Assembly (NCBI RefSeq): GCF_001194135.2
Contig: NC_069005.1
Location: 11,836,946 to 11,872,859 of the forward strand
Direction of reading: 5' to 3'
DNA length: 35,914 nucleotides
Source of the DNA: Octopus bimaculoides
Lineage: Eukaryota
Shown here in pieces: positions 1 through 12,184 of this stretch; position 1 is the first letter of the stretch; each line of letters begins with the position of its first letter. The translations under genes were made by a program, and so were the position numbers. The notes under the pieces are model-generated. The model made no database searches, had not been told where the DNA came from, and saw nothing but the letters and a program-made list of their open reading frames with translations.

Positions 1-33
<33 letters not shown>

Positions 34-178
34 ATAAATATATACATATATATATAAATATGTATATATTTATATTATATATATGCGTGTGTGTATATAT
101 ATATATATATATTTATATATATGCATATACACATACATTTATGTACATACATATATATATATATGTATATGCATATAT
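1..178. repeat. Degenerate (TA)n/(TG)n low-complexity tract
   Basis: Directly visible alternating TA with CA/TG interruptions. Confidence 0.9.
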
Positions 179-300
179 GAGTACAGGACGTCACAAAACG
201 TAAGCAACATGAAATACGAAGGCAAACATTTGTGCTTGTGTCGAAGAATAGAATTTATGATATTGAATTTAATTGTTTAATTCCGTGCGTTTCGACGCTA
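179..300 (+). mobile_element. Terminus of an interspersed repeat (GTACAGGACGT family)
   Basis: GAGTACAGGACGTCAC..AACATGAAATACG matches the arms of the fold-back element at 31265/31476 and the termini near 14818 and 18260. Inner boundary uncertain. Confidence 0.45.
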
Positions 301-928
301 CATTGCTGGTACAATTAATGAACCTAAACGTCAATATGAATATAAAATTTGTAGTATTACAGCATATAACATGTAAACCATGAGCATCTCATCGAACGAA
401 GATACAGAAGTGCGCTCGTTCTGTTTGGCCTCTTTCCTCTATGCTCGTTAATGCTTTTCTCCTTCCTACTACTGACACGTGACCTGTGGTCATCCTTTTT
501 TCATTCACTCTTTCTTCTTTTTTTATGCTGGCCAGTGAAGCAACCTGTCATAAGTTCTCTAGTCTCCATTTCAACCTGTTTCGTTGTCTATTGTCTTTCT
601 GTTTCCAACCCTTTACGATTTCCCTCTTAGCATTACCCGTACTTAGTCTTCATCTGGGCCTAAAACTACATTCTGTTGATTTATATCATTTTTGTCCCTT
701 ATCCGTCCACTGACGATCTCGACCTGAATTACATTTATTGATTTTCGTATGTCGACTTCTGTATTGCTTGTTTATTCATTTGTTATTTGTTTGTCTCGTT
801 TTTTTGTGTCTCGGTCCAATTTCTTGGCAGCTCTTACCGGTTACCAAGGAAGGGAAACAATATTATCGTTAAAGGCGCGAAATTGCGTTTGGCCCTCTGG
901 CCGATAACCGATGAGGAATTGGGGACCT

Positions 929-1033
929 TCTGTGTCTGTTTTCCGTTCGTCTGTGCATTTACTATGTTTTTCAACTTGCTATTCTGTGTTTGTTTTCCGT
1001 TCATTTGTGCATTTACTATATGTTTTTTTAACT
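929..1033. repeat. Diverged tandem duplication, 54-bp unit x about 2
   Basis: TCTGTGTCTGTTTTCCGTTCGTCTGTGCATTTACTAT.. starts at 929 and recurs with substitutions at 983. Confidence 0.8.
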
Positions 1034-1263
1034 AATATAATATTCAAGAGTGAGACAACGGTAATTCAGTAGCTAATATATAGACACATATACACATATC
1101 TATTATGAATTTTAATTAACATTGGCAATTTAATTTTGTGCTTGCTTCAGTTCTATGCTTACATCAACTTACGTATCAATCTTTCAACATTGACATTTCA
1201 AAGAAACACAAACTATATTTAATCCTATACGTTATTGTCTAGCATGCTTCTCAGTCACCATTT

Positions 1264-1660
1264 TTGTCTGTCTCACATCGATTCCTAACTTATTTCTTCT
1301 TAACTTATTTAAACCCTGAACTCTTTCTGTCGTCTGTTCGACTTCCAATTCTTCTACTTATTGCCTTTACTTTTGCCCACCACCTCCCATTTTCCCATTA
1401 TCTTCTATTTGTCTTTCATTTTCCTTCTTTCTTTCTTTCTTTTCCTTTCCTTCCTTCTTTCTTTTATCTCTTTATCTTTCTTACTTCTTGCCTTCTTCTT
1501 TCTTTCTTTCTTTCTTGCTGTCTTCCTTCTTTCTATTCTTTCGCTCTCTTTCTCTTTCTTTCTCGTTTTCTCCTCTCCTGGCTTTCTTCCTCTATCTTTC
1601 TTTCGTTCTCTTTTTCCTTATTTACTTTGTTGTCTTGTCTTGTATTTTATTGTATTTTCT
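1264..1660. repeat. Pyrimidine-rich (TTTC/TTCT) low-complexity tract
   Basis: Near-absence of purines; source of the F/L/S-rich spurious ORFs. Confidence 0.85.
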
Positions 1661-2832
1661 TGTCGTTTCCAAACAACACAACTGCTTTGCTATTTCTGTG
1701 AGCAAGTAGACTTTGATTAAAATATAGACAAAAAAAGATGAAAGAAAGAAAAAAGAAAAAGTATGGAAATTCTCCAAATTTTAAATACATAAAATAATGT
1801 TTTGTTTTGTAAAGAAACCATTTGTTTGCTTTGTCGAATAAAAAAAAAATAACAAACATCTAAACAAACCACGCATTTTCTAAAGACAGAATGATAAGGA
1901 AAAATTATAAAACAAAGTGAAAGTAAGCAATAAACAAACAAATTGACAGATCAAGAAGAATAAGATGAACAAGAAATAGCAAAAAGCTTAAATGTGACAA
2001 TGGCGGTTCGCTGTATGCTCTTCCTGTTTCTAATACCGTTGTTGTGATATTTCAAACAGAGCAGCCATTTTACAACTATTTGAAGAGACAGATTGTAAGA
2101 AATTCGTATTTACTACGTCTTACCTTAAAAACAAATCGAGTAAGAAGACATTGAAGCTTGTCTTACTTATTATATTTGCATGTAATGTTTAAGAGGTAAA
2201 TTTGGCCTTGTATTAATCAAAGTATTAAATGTTGGGTGTTGTTATTAAAACTTATCGGATATTTCATCAATTACCTCTAAACAATACTAGGCCAATGACG
2301 AATAAAAGCTGACGTTTGATCGAAGTAGTTGGAGGTAGAATCACTGACTAAGTGCAGTGTAGTGTTTTGAGTTTTGTATTTCTCTGTTTCTAGTTTTACA
2401 TTTCCATTGAAGATAGCTTTGTCTTATATTTGAGCCTTCCATAATCGATAAAACACAAACTTGATTGCAAGAAAGTGGTGATCAATAAAATTGATTATTT
2501 CTTTCAGTCACAGAGGAAAAGACAATAAAAGAAAAGAGAAGACGAGTAGAACAAAACGTAAATGAATGAATAAATGAAATTTGTCGACTCAGAAACCCAC
2601 ATATCTAAAGACGACCAACCAGCGTATAGTTCGAGTAGATGCAAAACCCTGAAAAGAAGAGACTAGGATCGGGTTTCGATTCTAGGCTGTAACTATTTCC
2701 ATTATTTACGCCACTAAACCTGACTACTCACGCCAAGGAGAAAGCAAAACAACAGAAAATAGTAACAGTAACAATGAACGAACAGCGGCAATATTTGCAT
2801 AAGCGTTTCTTGTGAGAAGGCTGATTATTCTC

Positions 2833-3035
2833 GTCTCCAAATTTCGGCATAAGACCAGCAATTTCAGTGGGAGAGAGTAAGTCGATTACATCGTCCCCAG
2901 TGCTTAACTGCTACTTATTTCATCGACCCCGAAAGGATGAAGGGCAAAATTGATTTTAGTGGAATTTGAACTTAAGACGTAAAGATATACCGCTAAGCAT
3001 TTTGCTCGACGTGCTAAACATCCTGCAAGCTTCTC
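2833..3035 (+). mobile_element. Short interspersed repeat family B (about 200 bp, SINE-like)
   Basis: Core AAGTCGATTACATCG.CCCCAGTG..TAACTG.TACTTATT..ATCGACCCCGAAAGGATGAA.GGCAAA recurs at least 8 times in the window. Confidence 0.8.
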
Positions 3036-3061
3036 CAAATGAGCGTTGCTTTCAGCTACAG

Positions 3062-3208
<147 letters not shown>

Positions 3209-3393
3209 CTTTAAATATCTGTTTCGTACCAGCTGTCTCAAATACACTGGACAATAACATGTCCGATGTACAACGGCTGAAAAGAGAAATGGGATTTCTT
3301 AGAAATATATTTGGTTGGTGTTAAGATCGATCTATGGCGGTAAAACGTTTCATGCGTGATAATATTTCAATTTAATGCAATTTCATTTTATAT

Positions 3394-3530
<137 letters not shown>

Positions 3531-3594
3531 GCACACACATGCATACACATGCATACACGAACGCGTGGATGTACGCCCTCACACACACGCTCGA

Positions 3595-3815
3595 ATGCAG
3601 GCTTATATGGATGGTCATGCTGCTAGAATGAATGACAACTGTATTCCAGAAGCCCATATGTATAGCTAAATGCATGATGAAGAAAAGTATAAGAAAATGA
3701 CGACTAAGATACAAGTATAATCTCAAAGCTGCCCTAGAAATGATAAATATGACTCCAGAAACATTTTAAAAACACAGCAATGCATCGCGAAGAATGGAAG
3801 CTAGCTTGTAATAAA
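3595..3815 (+). mobile_element. Decayed 3' end of an RTE-clade LINE ORF
   Basis: Frame-spliced translation RL.W.GHAARMNDNCIP..HMYS*...R(P)LRYKYNLKAAL.......A.HREEWK resembles the RTE post-RT tail RL.W.GH..RM.D..IPK..LY.....G.R..GRP.LRYKD.LK..L.......A..R..W. Contains stops and frameshifts. Confidence 0.6.
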
Positions 3816-4355
3816 GCCATAAAGTACTACGACCGCCTGTATCATCGTAAAAAAGTGAGAGCAAAGACAAGGTCGCAAACTACCATTCCAGCCATTGTGT
3901 AGGACAAACGTATTCACGTTTTATGAGTGGATTTGTCTATAAAACCTTGGTTGGGTTAATGTCTCATACGAGAAAAAGACATCAGAGGTTAAATATAAAA
4001 ATGAAACAAATGCTACTCGATTCAGAGAAGAACCTATTCAATTTGTTAGATTTTGAGGAAGTTACTGCTTTTAAATATATATACGTACCTAAAACATATA
4101 AGAAAATATAAAAAAATCGGATGTAAGTTAAAACGAATATTCAGTAGTGATAGGATTATTTAAGTAAAAGTCTATATAAATTGATTGCTATATTAGTAGT
4201 GCAAAAATTAACTAAAAAAATACCTTTTAGTTAATGGGTCACGTATCTTTATAATCATAAAAAATTTTCATATTGAATCATGTTTGCCTGTATGTACTTA
4301 TGTTTGTATGCATATATGTACACACAGATATATATTTTTATGAGTGTATATAGAT

Positions 4356-4397
<42 letters not shown>

Positions 4398-4687
4398 ACA
4401 CACACACACATATATATATACGTATGTATGTAAATATATATAAATATATGTACCTGCACACACACACATATATATATGTGTGTGTGTGTTCGTGTGTTCG
4501 TGTGTGTGTGTGTGTGTGCTTGTGTATGTGTGTGTGTGTGCCTGTGTATGTGTGTGTGTAATAAATAAAATGAAGATATATATTCATATATATGACCAGA
4601 CAAAACCATCTGGAGTACAAGTGATGTTTGAAACTGAATGTTGGAATATTGGAAGACTTTTTTAGAATGTGGGAAGACTTAATTATC

Positions 4688-4721
4688 CCATCTGTCATAT
4701 ATATATATATATGACAGATGG
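4688..4721. repeat. Perfect 34-bp palindrome centred on (AT)8
   Basis: CCATCTGTC-(AT)8-GACAGATGG is its own reverse complement. Confidence 0.95.
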
Positions 4722-4764
4722 AATAGTTACTAGGCTTCCAAGGAATAAGTCAAGGGTCGATATA

Positions 4765-5107
4765 TATATCTCAAAAGGAGATAACAGCGAGACTGAGCTG
4801 GGCCTTTGCTGTCATGTTGAACCTGAACAATATGTGGAAAAGCAACTCAATATGTTTCGAACAAGACTCAGAGTGTACTGATTCGTGGCAGCTTCGATCA
4901 TTCTGTATGCGTATGAGGACTGGATTCTTTCAGATGACACGAAACCAGGAATACAGCCTTTTGAATACATATGCTTCAGAAGGCTGTTACACATTCCGTA
5001 CACAAAATACGAAAGGGACAGCTTGGTCAGGCAAAAAGTCATCAATTAGACTGGCAGACAGAAACCACTCTTTGCACAGGTAGAAAGACGAAAGCTTGCC
5101 TGGTACA
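4765..5107 (+). mobile_element. Decayed RTE-clade LINE fragment (C-terminal end of RT/thumb)
   Basis: Frame-spliced translation WAFAVMLNLNNMWKSNSICF/RTRLRVY*FVAASIILYAYEDWILSDDTKPGIQPFEYICFRRLLHIPYTKYERDSLVRQKVIN*TGRQKPLFAQVERRKLAWY matches the RTE pattern A..M..L..IWKS..I..TK.RLY..LV.SILLYG.E.W....I.AFE..C.RR.L.I.Y......V.RRKL.W. Confidence 0.75.
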
Positions 5108-5143
5108 GCTTGCCTGGTACAGCTTTCCTGGTACAGCTTGCCT
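5094..5143 (+). repeat. 14-bp tandem repeat x3.6 (GCTTGCCTGGTACA)
   Basis: Units at 5094, 5108, 5122 (one substitution) and a partial unit at 5136. Confidence 0.9.
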
Positions 5144-5214
5144 TGGTCGAAAATCCATTCAGGAAAATACCTATTTTATAAAGTATTCTAGTCATAACTA
5201 TCAAGATTTTATTA

Positions 5215-5358
5215 GGCGCATGTAGGGTTTTGTGGTGAAGAAGTTCGCTTTACAACTACGGCATTTCAGGTTCAGTCTCACAACTGTCTTCTGCTATAGT
5301 TCCAGGCCAACAAATGCCTTATGCGTGATTTTAAAGACGGATACTGTGGAAGCCTGTC
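5215..5358 (+). mobile_element. Decayed 5' part of tRNA-derived SINE family A
   Basis: GGCGCA..GTGGTGAAGAAGTTCGCTT..GGTTCAGTCTCAC..GTCTTCTGCTATAG..AGGCCAACAAATGCCTT aligns by eye with the copy at 6319. Confidence 0.6.
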
Positions 5359-5445
5359 GTACGATTGTGGAAGCCTGTCATACGATCGCTGAACACTACA
5401 CATATTTTTCTCTTCTTGTTCGTCTCCTTATTTCTTTTTGTGTTC

Positions 5446-5481
5446 CATTCTGTTGAAGAGCGTAGGCTCGAAACGTTAAAG
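5446..5481 (+). ncRNA. Decayed minimal hammerhead ribozyme motif (A6 to U)
   Basis: CTG(T)TGA-A, perfect stem II GAGC-GTAG-GCTC, GAAAC-GTT, palindromic stem III AACGTT; stem I 3 of 4 pairs. Confidence 0.5.
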
Positions 5482-6318
5482 ACTTTCTCTATTCTCGACC
5501 GTTATACTAATACATCCATTTATTGTTTACACCACCTGTCTTCGTCTGTTGTTTTTCATGAATTCTCCCTATATGTGTATATATATATATATATATGTGT
5601 ATGTGTGTGTGTGTGTGTGTATATANNNNNNNNNNNNNNNNNNNNNNNNNNNNNNNNNNNNNNNNNNNNNNNNNNNNNNNNNNNNNNNNNNNNNNNNNNN
5701 NNNNNNNNNNNNNNNNNNNNNNNNNNNNNNNNNNNNNNNNNNNNNNNNNNNNNNNNNNNNNNNNNNNNNNNNNNNNNNNNNNNNNNNNNNNNNNNNNNNN
5801 NNNNNNNNNNNNNNNNNNNNNNNNNNNNNNNNNNNNNNNNNNNNNNNNNNNNNNNNNNNNNNNNNNNNNNNNNNNNNNNNNNNNNNNNNNNNNNNNNNNN
5901 NNNNNNNNNNNNNNNNNNNNNNNNNNNNNNNNNNNNNNNNNNNNNNNNNNNNNNNNNNNNNNNNNNNNNNNNNNNNNNNNNNNNNNNNNNNNNNNNNNNN
6001 NNNNNNNNNNNNNNNNNNNNNNNNNNNNNNNNNNNNNNNNNNNNNNNNNNNNNNNNNNNNNNNNNNNNNNNNNNNNNNNNNNNNNNNNNNNNNNNNNNNN
6101 NNNNNNNNNNNNNNNNNNNNNNNNNNNNNNNNNNNNNNNNNNNNNNNNNNNNNNNNNNNNNNNNNNNNNNNNNNNNNNNNNNNNNNNNNNNNNNNNNNNN
6201 NNNNNNNNNNNNNNNNNNNNNNNNNNNNNNNNNNNNNNNNNNNNNNNNNNNNNNNNNNNNNNNNNNNNNNNNNNNNNNNNNNNNNNNNNNNNNNNNNNNN
6301 NNNNNNNATATATGTATG

Positions 6319-6473
6319 GGCGCAGGTGTGGCTGTGTGGTAAGTAGTTTGCTTACCAACCGCATGGTTCTGGGTTCAGTCCCACTGCGTTACACCTTGGG
6401 AAAGTGTCTTCTGCTATAGCCTCAGGCCGACCAAAACCTTGTGGATTTGGCAGACGGAAGCTGAAAGCCCGTC

Positions 6474-6508
<35 letters not shown>

Positions 6509-6700
6509 TGTGTCTGTGTGTGTGTTTGTTCACGCAGCATCGCTTGACAACCGATGCTGGTGTATTTACGTTCTCGTAAGCAAGTGGTTCGGCAAAAGAG
6601 ACCGATAGAATAAGCAGTAGGCTTACAAAGCCGATTTCTTCGACTAAAGGTGATGCTCCAGCATAGCCGCAGTGAAATAACTGAAAGAAATAAAAGAATA
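6319..6700 (+). mobile_element. tRNA-derived SINE family A, near full length
   Basis: Head with A-box-like TGGCTGTGTGG and B-box-like GGTTCAGTCCC, internal (TA)/(TG) tract, tail CGACTAAAGG.G.TGCTCCAGCAT.GCCGCAGT..AAT.ACTGA..AATAAAAGA. Homologues at 23245 (+) and 25192 (-). Confidence 0.85.
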
Positions 6701-6733
6701 TATACATATAATACATATGTATGTGTGTGTGTG

Positions 6734-6765
<32 letters not shown>

Positions 6766-6768
6766 TAT

Positions 6769-6945
6769 GTTTGTCCCATCCCACTTGACAACCGGTGTTG
6801 CTGTTTACATGCCCTTTTATACGCGGGGTTCTGAAAAAGGAATCGATAGAATAAGAACAAGGATTTAAAAAAAAGGATAAGTACTGAGACCGATTTGCTC
6901 AACTAAATCCGTTGAAGTCGGTGCTCAAGCATGACCGCAACCCAA
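6769..6945 (+). mobile_element. SINE family A, 3' half, diverged
   Basis: CTTGACAACCGGTGTTG..CGATAGAATAAG..GATTTGCTC.ACTAAA..GGTGCTC.AGCATG.CCGCA matches the family A tail. Confidence 0.7.
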
Positions 6946-7004
6946 TAATATTAAAGCCTTGCAACTACTCGAGCAATCCCTGAAGTTACTAATATTAGCA
7001 GTAT

Positions 7005-7013
7005 CATTATTAC

Positions 7014-7045
<32 letters not shown>

Positions 7046-7068
7046 GTAGTAGTAGTAGTAGTATTAGT

Positions 7069-7109
<41 letters not shown>

Positions 7110-7120
7110 TAGTTGTTGTA
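7005..7120. repeat. Compound trinucleotide array (TAT)n-(TAG)n-(CAG)n-(TAG)n
   Basis: Direct. Confidence 0.9.
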
Positions 7121-7419
7121 GTCGCTTTAAAGAGTTCTTGTAGCAGAGTGAGCGAAGCCTGCTGCCACCCACTCTTCGTAGTTTCGAACTGACAAAATGT
7201 AAAGGAAAAACCAGCGGGATAATGATGAAAATTGGAAAAGCTACGATCGGAAAGTTTTTTAACAGCAGGAAGAAAGTGGAGTGGAACACACACACACACG
7301 CACGTATATGCATTACACATACATATAAACTTGGAGAAGTGTAGGCGACAATTGAGAGTCTCTGAAGAGGTGGAGGAAGAGGATGAGACGGAATGAAATG
7401 AGAGAAGAATTGATTATCT

Positions 7420-7686
7420 TTTTTATAGAATGAAACAAGGAGAGCGAGAGAGAGAGAAAGAGAAAGGAGAGAGAATTGGAGAGAGTGATAGAGAATAAAA
7501 AGAAACATCAAGAAACAGTGAAAGGGAGAAAGAGTGTGGGGGAGAGATGAAGTGGGCAAAAGACAGAGAGGGAGAAGGAGAGGAGGGGAAAGAAATAAAA
7601 AAGAGAGAGAAGAAATGAAAGCGTGTAGGTGAAAGAAACATCTAGGCGCCATAATGTAAAGGGAGTGAGTGCAATAGAGAGTGAGG

Positions 7687-7732
<46 letters not shown>

Positions 7733-7844
7733 CAGATAGATAGATAAATAGATAGATAGAGAGAGAGAGAGACAAAGAGAGACAGACAGACATAATGAAA
7801 GCATGTAAGTGAAAGAGAGAGAGTTCTGAAAAACATCCAGAAGT

Positions 7845-7895
<51 letters not shown>

Positions 7896-7950
7896 CAGAC
7901 AGACTGACAGACTGAGTAAAAAAGAGTGAGACAGTGTGTGCGCGTGACAG

Positions 7951-7989
<39 letters not shown>

Positions 7990-8070
7990 GAGAGAGAGAT
8001 GAGAGAGATAGAGAAAGAGAGACATTGAAAGGAAGGGATAAAAGGAGAGGGAGGAGAGAGAGATTCAAGG
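7420..8070. repeat. Purine-rich (AG)n/(AGAC)n/(AGAT)n compound microsatellite region
   Basis: Direct; generates the spurious 395-aa L/S-rich minus-strand ORF. Confidence 0.9.
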
Positions 8071-8437
8071 CAACATTGGAAACAAAAACACCTCCGAACG
8101 TAAAGGTAAAGTTGCGTTATTGTCGAAGACGTCGTCATCGTCGTTGTTGTTACTTTTAAGGTTAGTGATGAGGATGTGGGTGGTGATTAATGAATATCCT
8201 TTTAAATAGTAACAAATAAATTAAATAAAAAAACATACACATATGAGGAGAAACAATAAAAATGCAAAAAACAAAATAAGACTAAATCATGGAAAACGTA
8301 TTTCTATAGGTGTTCAATAATGCTAATGTCTTTAGATCGATACTTAACATTTTAGACAGTTATCTATGTGAAAAGTCCGTATCCGTGGTGCACACGAGAG
8401 AATATACATACATAATACATACATATATACATCTACA

Positions 8438-8534
<97 letters not shown>

Positions 8535-9358
8535 ATATGATATATATATTTATATGTATGTAAGTATATATGTGTGTTTGTATGTAGTTTGTATGCGTTT
8601 TTCTCTTTTTGTACACTCACACACACACGCACACACACACGTGCACACACGCACGCACACGTACACATACGAACACAAGAGTGCACATAATTTCTCTTTG
8701 TAATTTCACGTACTTTTATTAATAATTGATAATGAAATTTTCATTTTTCATTCTGAGATTTGATTTTGAGAACGTCGTATATAGAGTGATTGTTTTTGTG
8801 TATATGTGCGAGTGCGAGTGTGTGAAATGTCTGTTTTTAAGTGCTTATATATGTGTAAGTGTGTGTGACTTTGTGTGTGTGAGTGTGTGTGTTTGTGTGT
8901 TTGTGTGTGTGTGTGTGAGGGTGTGAGTGTGTGTGCACGTATCTATGCAGACGCACGATTCCTTTAATGAAGTCTTGTGTTAATTTTCCGGAACCTAAGT
9001 GTTCATGTCAGAATAAATCAACAATTTTCAGCACATTAAAAGCACTACACTATCTTAGACAAGACTATCGTCAATTAATAACGCACTGCTATTTGCGAAT
9101 TTAATCCGCGTGAGAAGTTGCTGCTTTCACTCAACGTATATATTCGTGTTATATTACACCAAATCTCATATGCACGCGCAAGTGTGTAAATATCTATATA
9201 TATACATTTATGCATGTACATGCATCTGTTTGTGTTGTGTACATATGCATACATGTTCATACATTCATGCATATATACACAGGTAAAGTATATTATTCTA
9301 ACCTTGGCATTTGTGTACTACTATTCTCACATAGTGTTGCACTTGTGCCTCCTTGTGA

Positions 9359-9360
<2 letters not shown>

Positions 9361-9434
<74 letters not shown>
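9361..9434. repeat. (TG)n microsatellite
   Basis: Direct. Confidence 0.95.
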
Positions 9435-9438
<4 letters not shown>

Positions 9439-9699
9439 TACATACAGAACAAGATGATAAATTCATAAATACATTAATTCATGATTCATGATCAGATTAC
9501 TTAGTGAACGGTAATCTGTTGGATTTTGAAAGTATTCGTGATTTTATTCATGAATCCTATTCCAATGTTTTACGATTACGTAACTCGCTACCATAAATGC
9601 AGAAAGAGAAACAGCAAAGCATGTCATGTTCTTGTTGAAAATTTGTGTGGTGAAAGATGGCTCTTGAATGAATCGGATTCTATTAGCTGATATAATTAT

Positions 9700-9995
9700 A
9701 AAGGTACACAGTAGCCCCAACATTGAAAGGGAGTATGGTATACATTGTGACTCGAGTCACAGGACTAATAGAAATAGTTATCCAGTTTACATGGCATATA
9801 AGTGGCCCGAAGTCACAACATTACTTTGAAAGGGTTGCCAGTCCGTTGCAGGATTATTCATTTACAGTTGTGTGTATCGGTGCAGCGTGAAATGAAACGT
9901 TTTGCTCAAGAACACAACGGAGCAGTCTGTCTGGGAATAGGAAATCACAATCATACGATCGTGAGTGAAACACTCTGGCTTCAAGACCACGCATC
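9700..9995 (-). mobile_element. tRNA-derived SINE family C (diverged)
   Basis: The minus strand begins with a tRNA-like head (..GTGTTTCACTCACGATCGTATGATTGTGATTTCCTATTCCCAGAC..CGTTGTGTTCTTGAGCAAAACGTTTCATTTCACG..), recalled as a widespread mollusc SINE pattern. Only one copy here, so not verifiable internally. Confidence 0.55.
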
Positions 9996-10160
9996 TTCAC
10001 GAAAGGGAATGTTTATAAATGCTTAATTATAGCCAACAGCAGTAGAATCAACAATCCGTATAATAGTATTTTGTATAAAAACATGACGAGCTGTCAAAAA
10101 GGTCGTATGCAAATGTCATCGTCCATTACAGTGTGCGCTAACATTTTTGATAGTTTCAGT

Positions 10161-10227
10161 CAGCAGCTGGTATGTGCCATTGATTGAAGACAGCAGCTGG
10201 TATGTGCCATTGATTGAAGACAGCAGC
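10161..10227. repeat. Perfect 30-bp tandem duplication x2.2
   Basis: CAGCAGCTGGTATGTGCCATTGATTGAAGA at 10161 and 10191, then CAGCAGC. Confidence 0.95.
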
Positions 10228-10415
10228 CAAGTATATATTATCTGAAGAACAGCGAAACAGTCCGTCGAGAGACTTGTTTTTCTGCACATAAACTGCATAG
10301 GAAGAATGCGTTTACACTGTCACTGAACTCGCGTAGCTCACAGTAAAGTTCTGTATTAGTTAAATTATATCAGTCCTTCTGATTTACGTCAATCTGCTCT
10401 GTGTGTCTGTATCAA

Positions 10416-10475
<60 letters not shown>

Positions 10476-11929
10476 AGTCAAGTCAGTCTGTCTGTCTGTC
10501 TGTCTGTCGAAAGCTCTATCTCTGTAAACATTTATGTATCAATTTTTCTGCCTATCTAACTTAAGGAAACGACTTCCTTACATTTTCTATTCCCCTCCTT
10601 CGATGCCTCTCTCATCTCTCTCTCTTTTTCTCTTCCTCCGTATCTAATTAAAACGTTTACTCCCGCTTTCACTTTCACTACAGACTCTCATGAAATCCTT
10701 ACCAGACTTTATTCTTAACATTATTCTCAAGATTTCCTCACATGCACACACATACAACCACACATCCGAACACATTGACACACGAAAATACGCACATGCA
10801 GCGATAAAAACAAGACATGGCATGCATGCACACATGTTCAAAGATACATGCTTACACACACATGCATCAATAAATACATACATATTTCTTTTATATAATT
10901 TTAAATACTTTGTTGTTTGAACATGACCTTCTTCGGAAATCAAAGCAATTAGTTAACTCACACTACACTGGCATCCCTCTCACCTGCTATGTTGTCCATT
11001 CTCTCTATCCCTCTCCCTCTCTCTCTCTCTCTCTCTCCCTCTCCCCCTCTCTCTCTCTTGGTATTTCTTTCCCATAACCGAAAACTAATTACCCTACAAA
11101 TGTATCAGATACAAAATATATTTGACAGAGTCAAAGAGACAATGTATCTGTGAGTGTATGTGTATGTGTATGTGTATGTTTATGTATGTGTCCACTTTAA
11201 AAGAGAACTAATAAAAACATTATGGACACCTAACAAAGAACTTGTTTAAGAATTTCGTTTATGCCGAGTTTTCGCTTTATTATACCTACATACCTACATA
11301 CGTATGTATGTAGGTATAAATAAAAAATATGTACATGTACATGCATCATATATATATATATATATATATGTATGTATATAAATATATATAAATGTATATA
11401 GATAAATATATATATATGTATATATGTATATAAATATATATATACATATANNNNNNNNNNNNNNNNNNNNNNNNNNNNNNNNNNNNNNNNNNNNNNNNNN
11501 NNNNNNNNNNNNNNNNNNNNNNNNNNNNNNNNNNNNNNNNNNNNNNNNNNNNNNNNNNNNNNNNNNNNNNNNNNNNNNNNNNNNNNNNNNNNNNNNNNNN
11601 NNNNNNNNNNNNNNNNNNNNNNNNNNNNNNNNNNNNNNNNNNNNNNNNNNNNNNNNNNNNNNNNNNNNNNNNNNNNNNNNNNNNNNNNNNNNNNNNNNNN
11701 NNNNNNNNNNNNNNNNNNNNNNNNNNNNNNNNNNNNNNNNNNNNNNNNNNNNNNNNNNNNNNNNNNNNNNNNNNNNNNNNNNNNNNNNNNNNNNNATATA
11801 CATATATATATATACCTGTATATATATACATATATATACATATATATATATACCTGTATATATATACATATATATACATATATATATATACCTGTATATA
11901 TATATATATACATATATATATACATATGC

Positions 11930-11960
<31 letters not shown>

Positions 11961-12150
11961 CTTGTATATACATGCATATATATACATATATGTATATATA
12001 TGCATATATATACAAACATGTAAATACATATCTATCTATCTATCTATCTATCCGTTTATCTGTCTATCTGTTTCTCTGTGCGTATATATGTATGTATATT
12101 ATAAATACCTTGCATAATCAGAGAAAGGGAGAGAGAGAGCGAGAGAGAGC

Positions 12151-12184
<34 letters not shown>

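Noticed and set aside
1985-2190. Open frame KLKCDNGGSLYALPVSNTVVVIFQ.. and nearby ATGGCG start
   Set aside because: No recognisable family, weak splice context, and the ATG frame stops after 15 codons.
2793-2800. Octamer motif ATTTGCAT
   Set aside because: A single 8-mer is expected by chance in AT-rich DNA; no linked snRNA or promoter seen.
6951-8138. 395-aa minus-strand ORF, the longest without Ns
   Set aside because: Composed of (CT)n and trinucleotide repeats; low-complexity L/S/F content.
10242-10263. CTGAAGA-ACAGC-GAAACAGTC hammerhead-like string
   Set aside because: No room for stem II and no stem I pairing.
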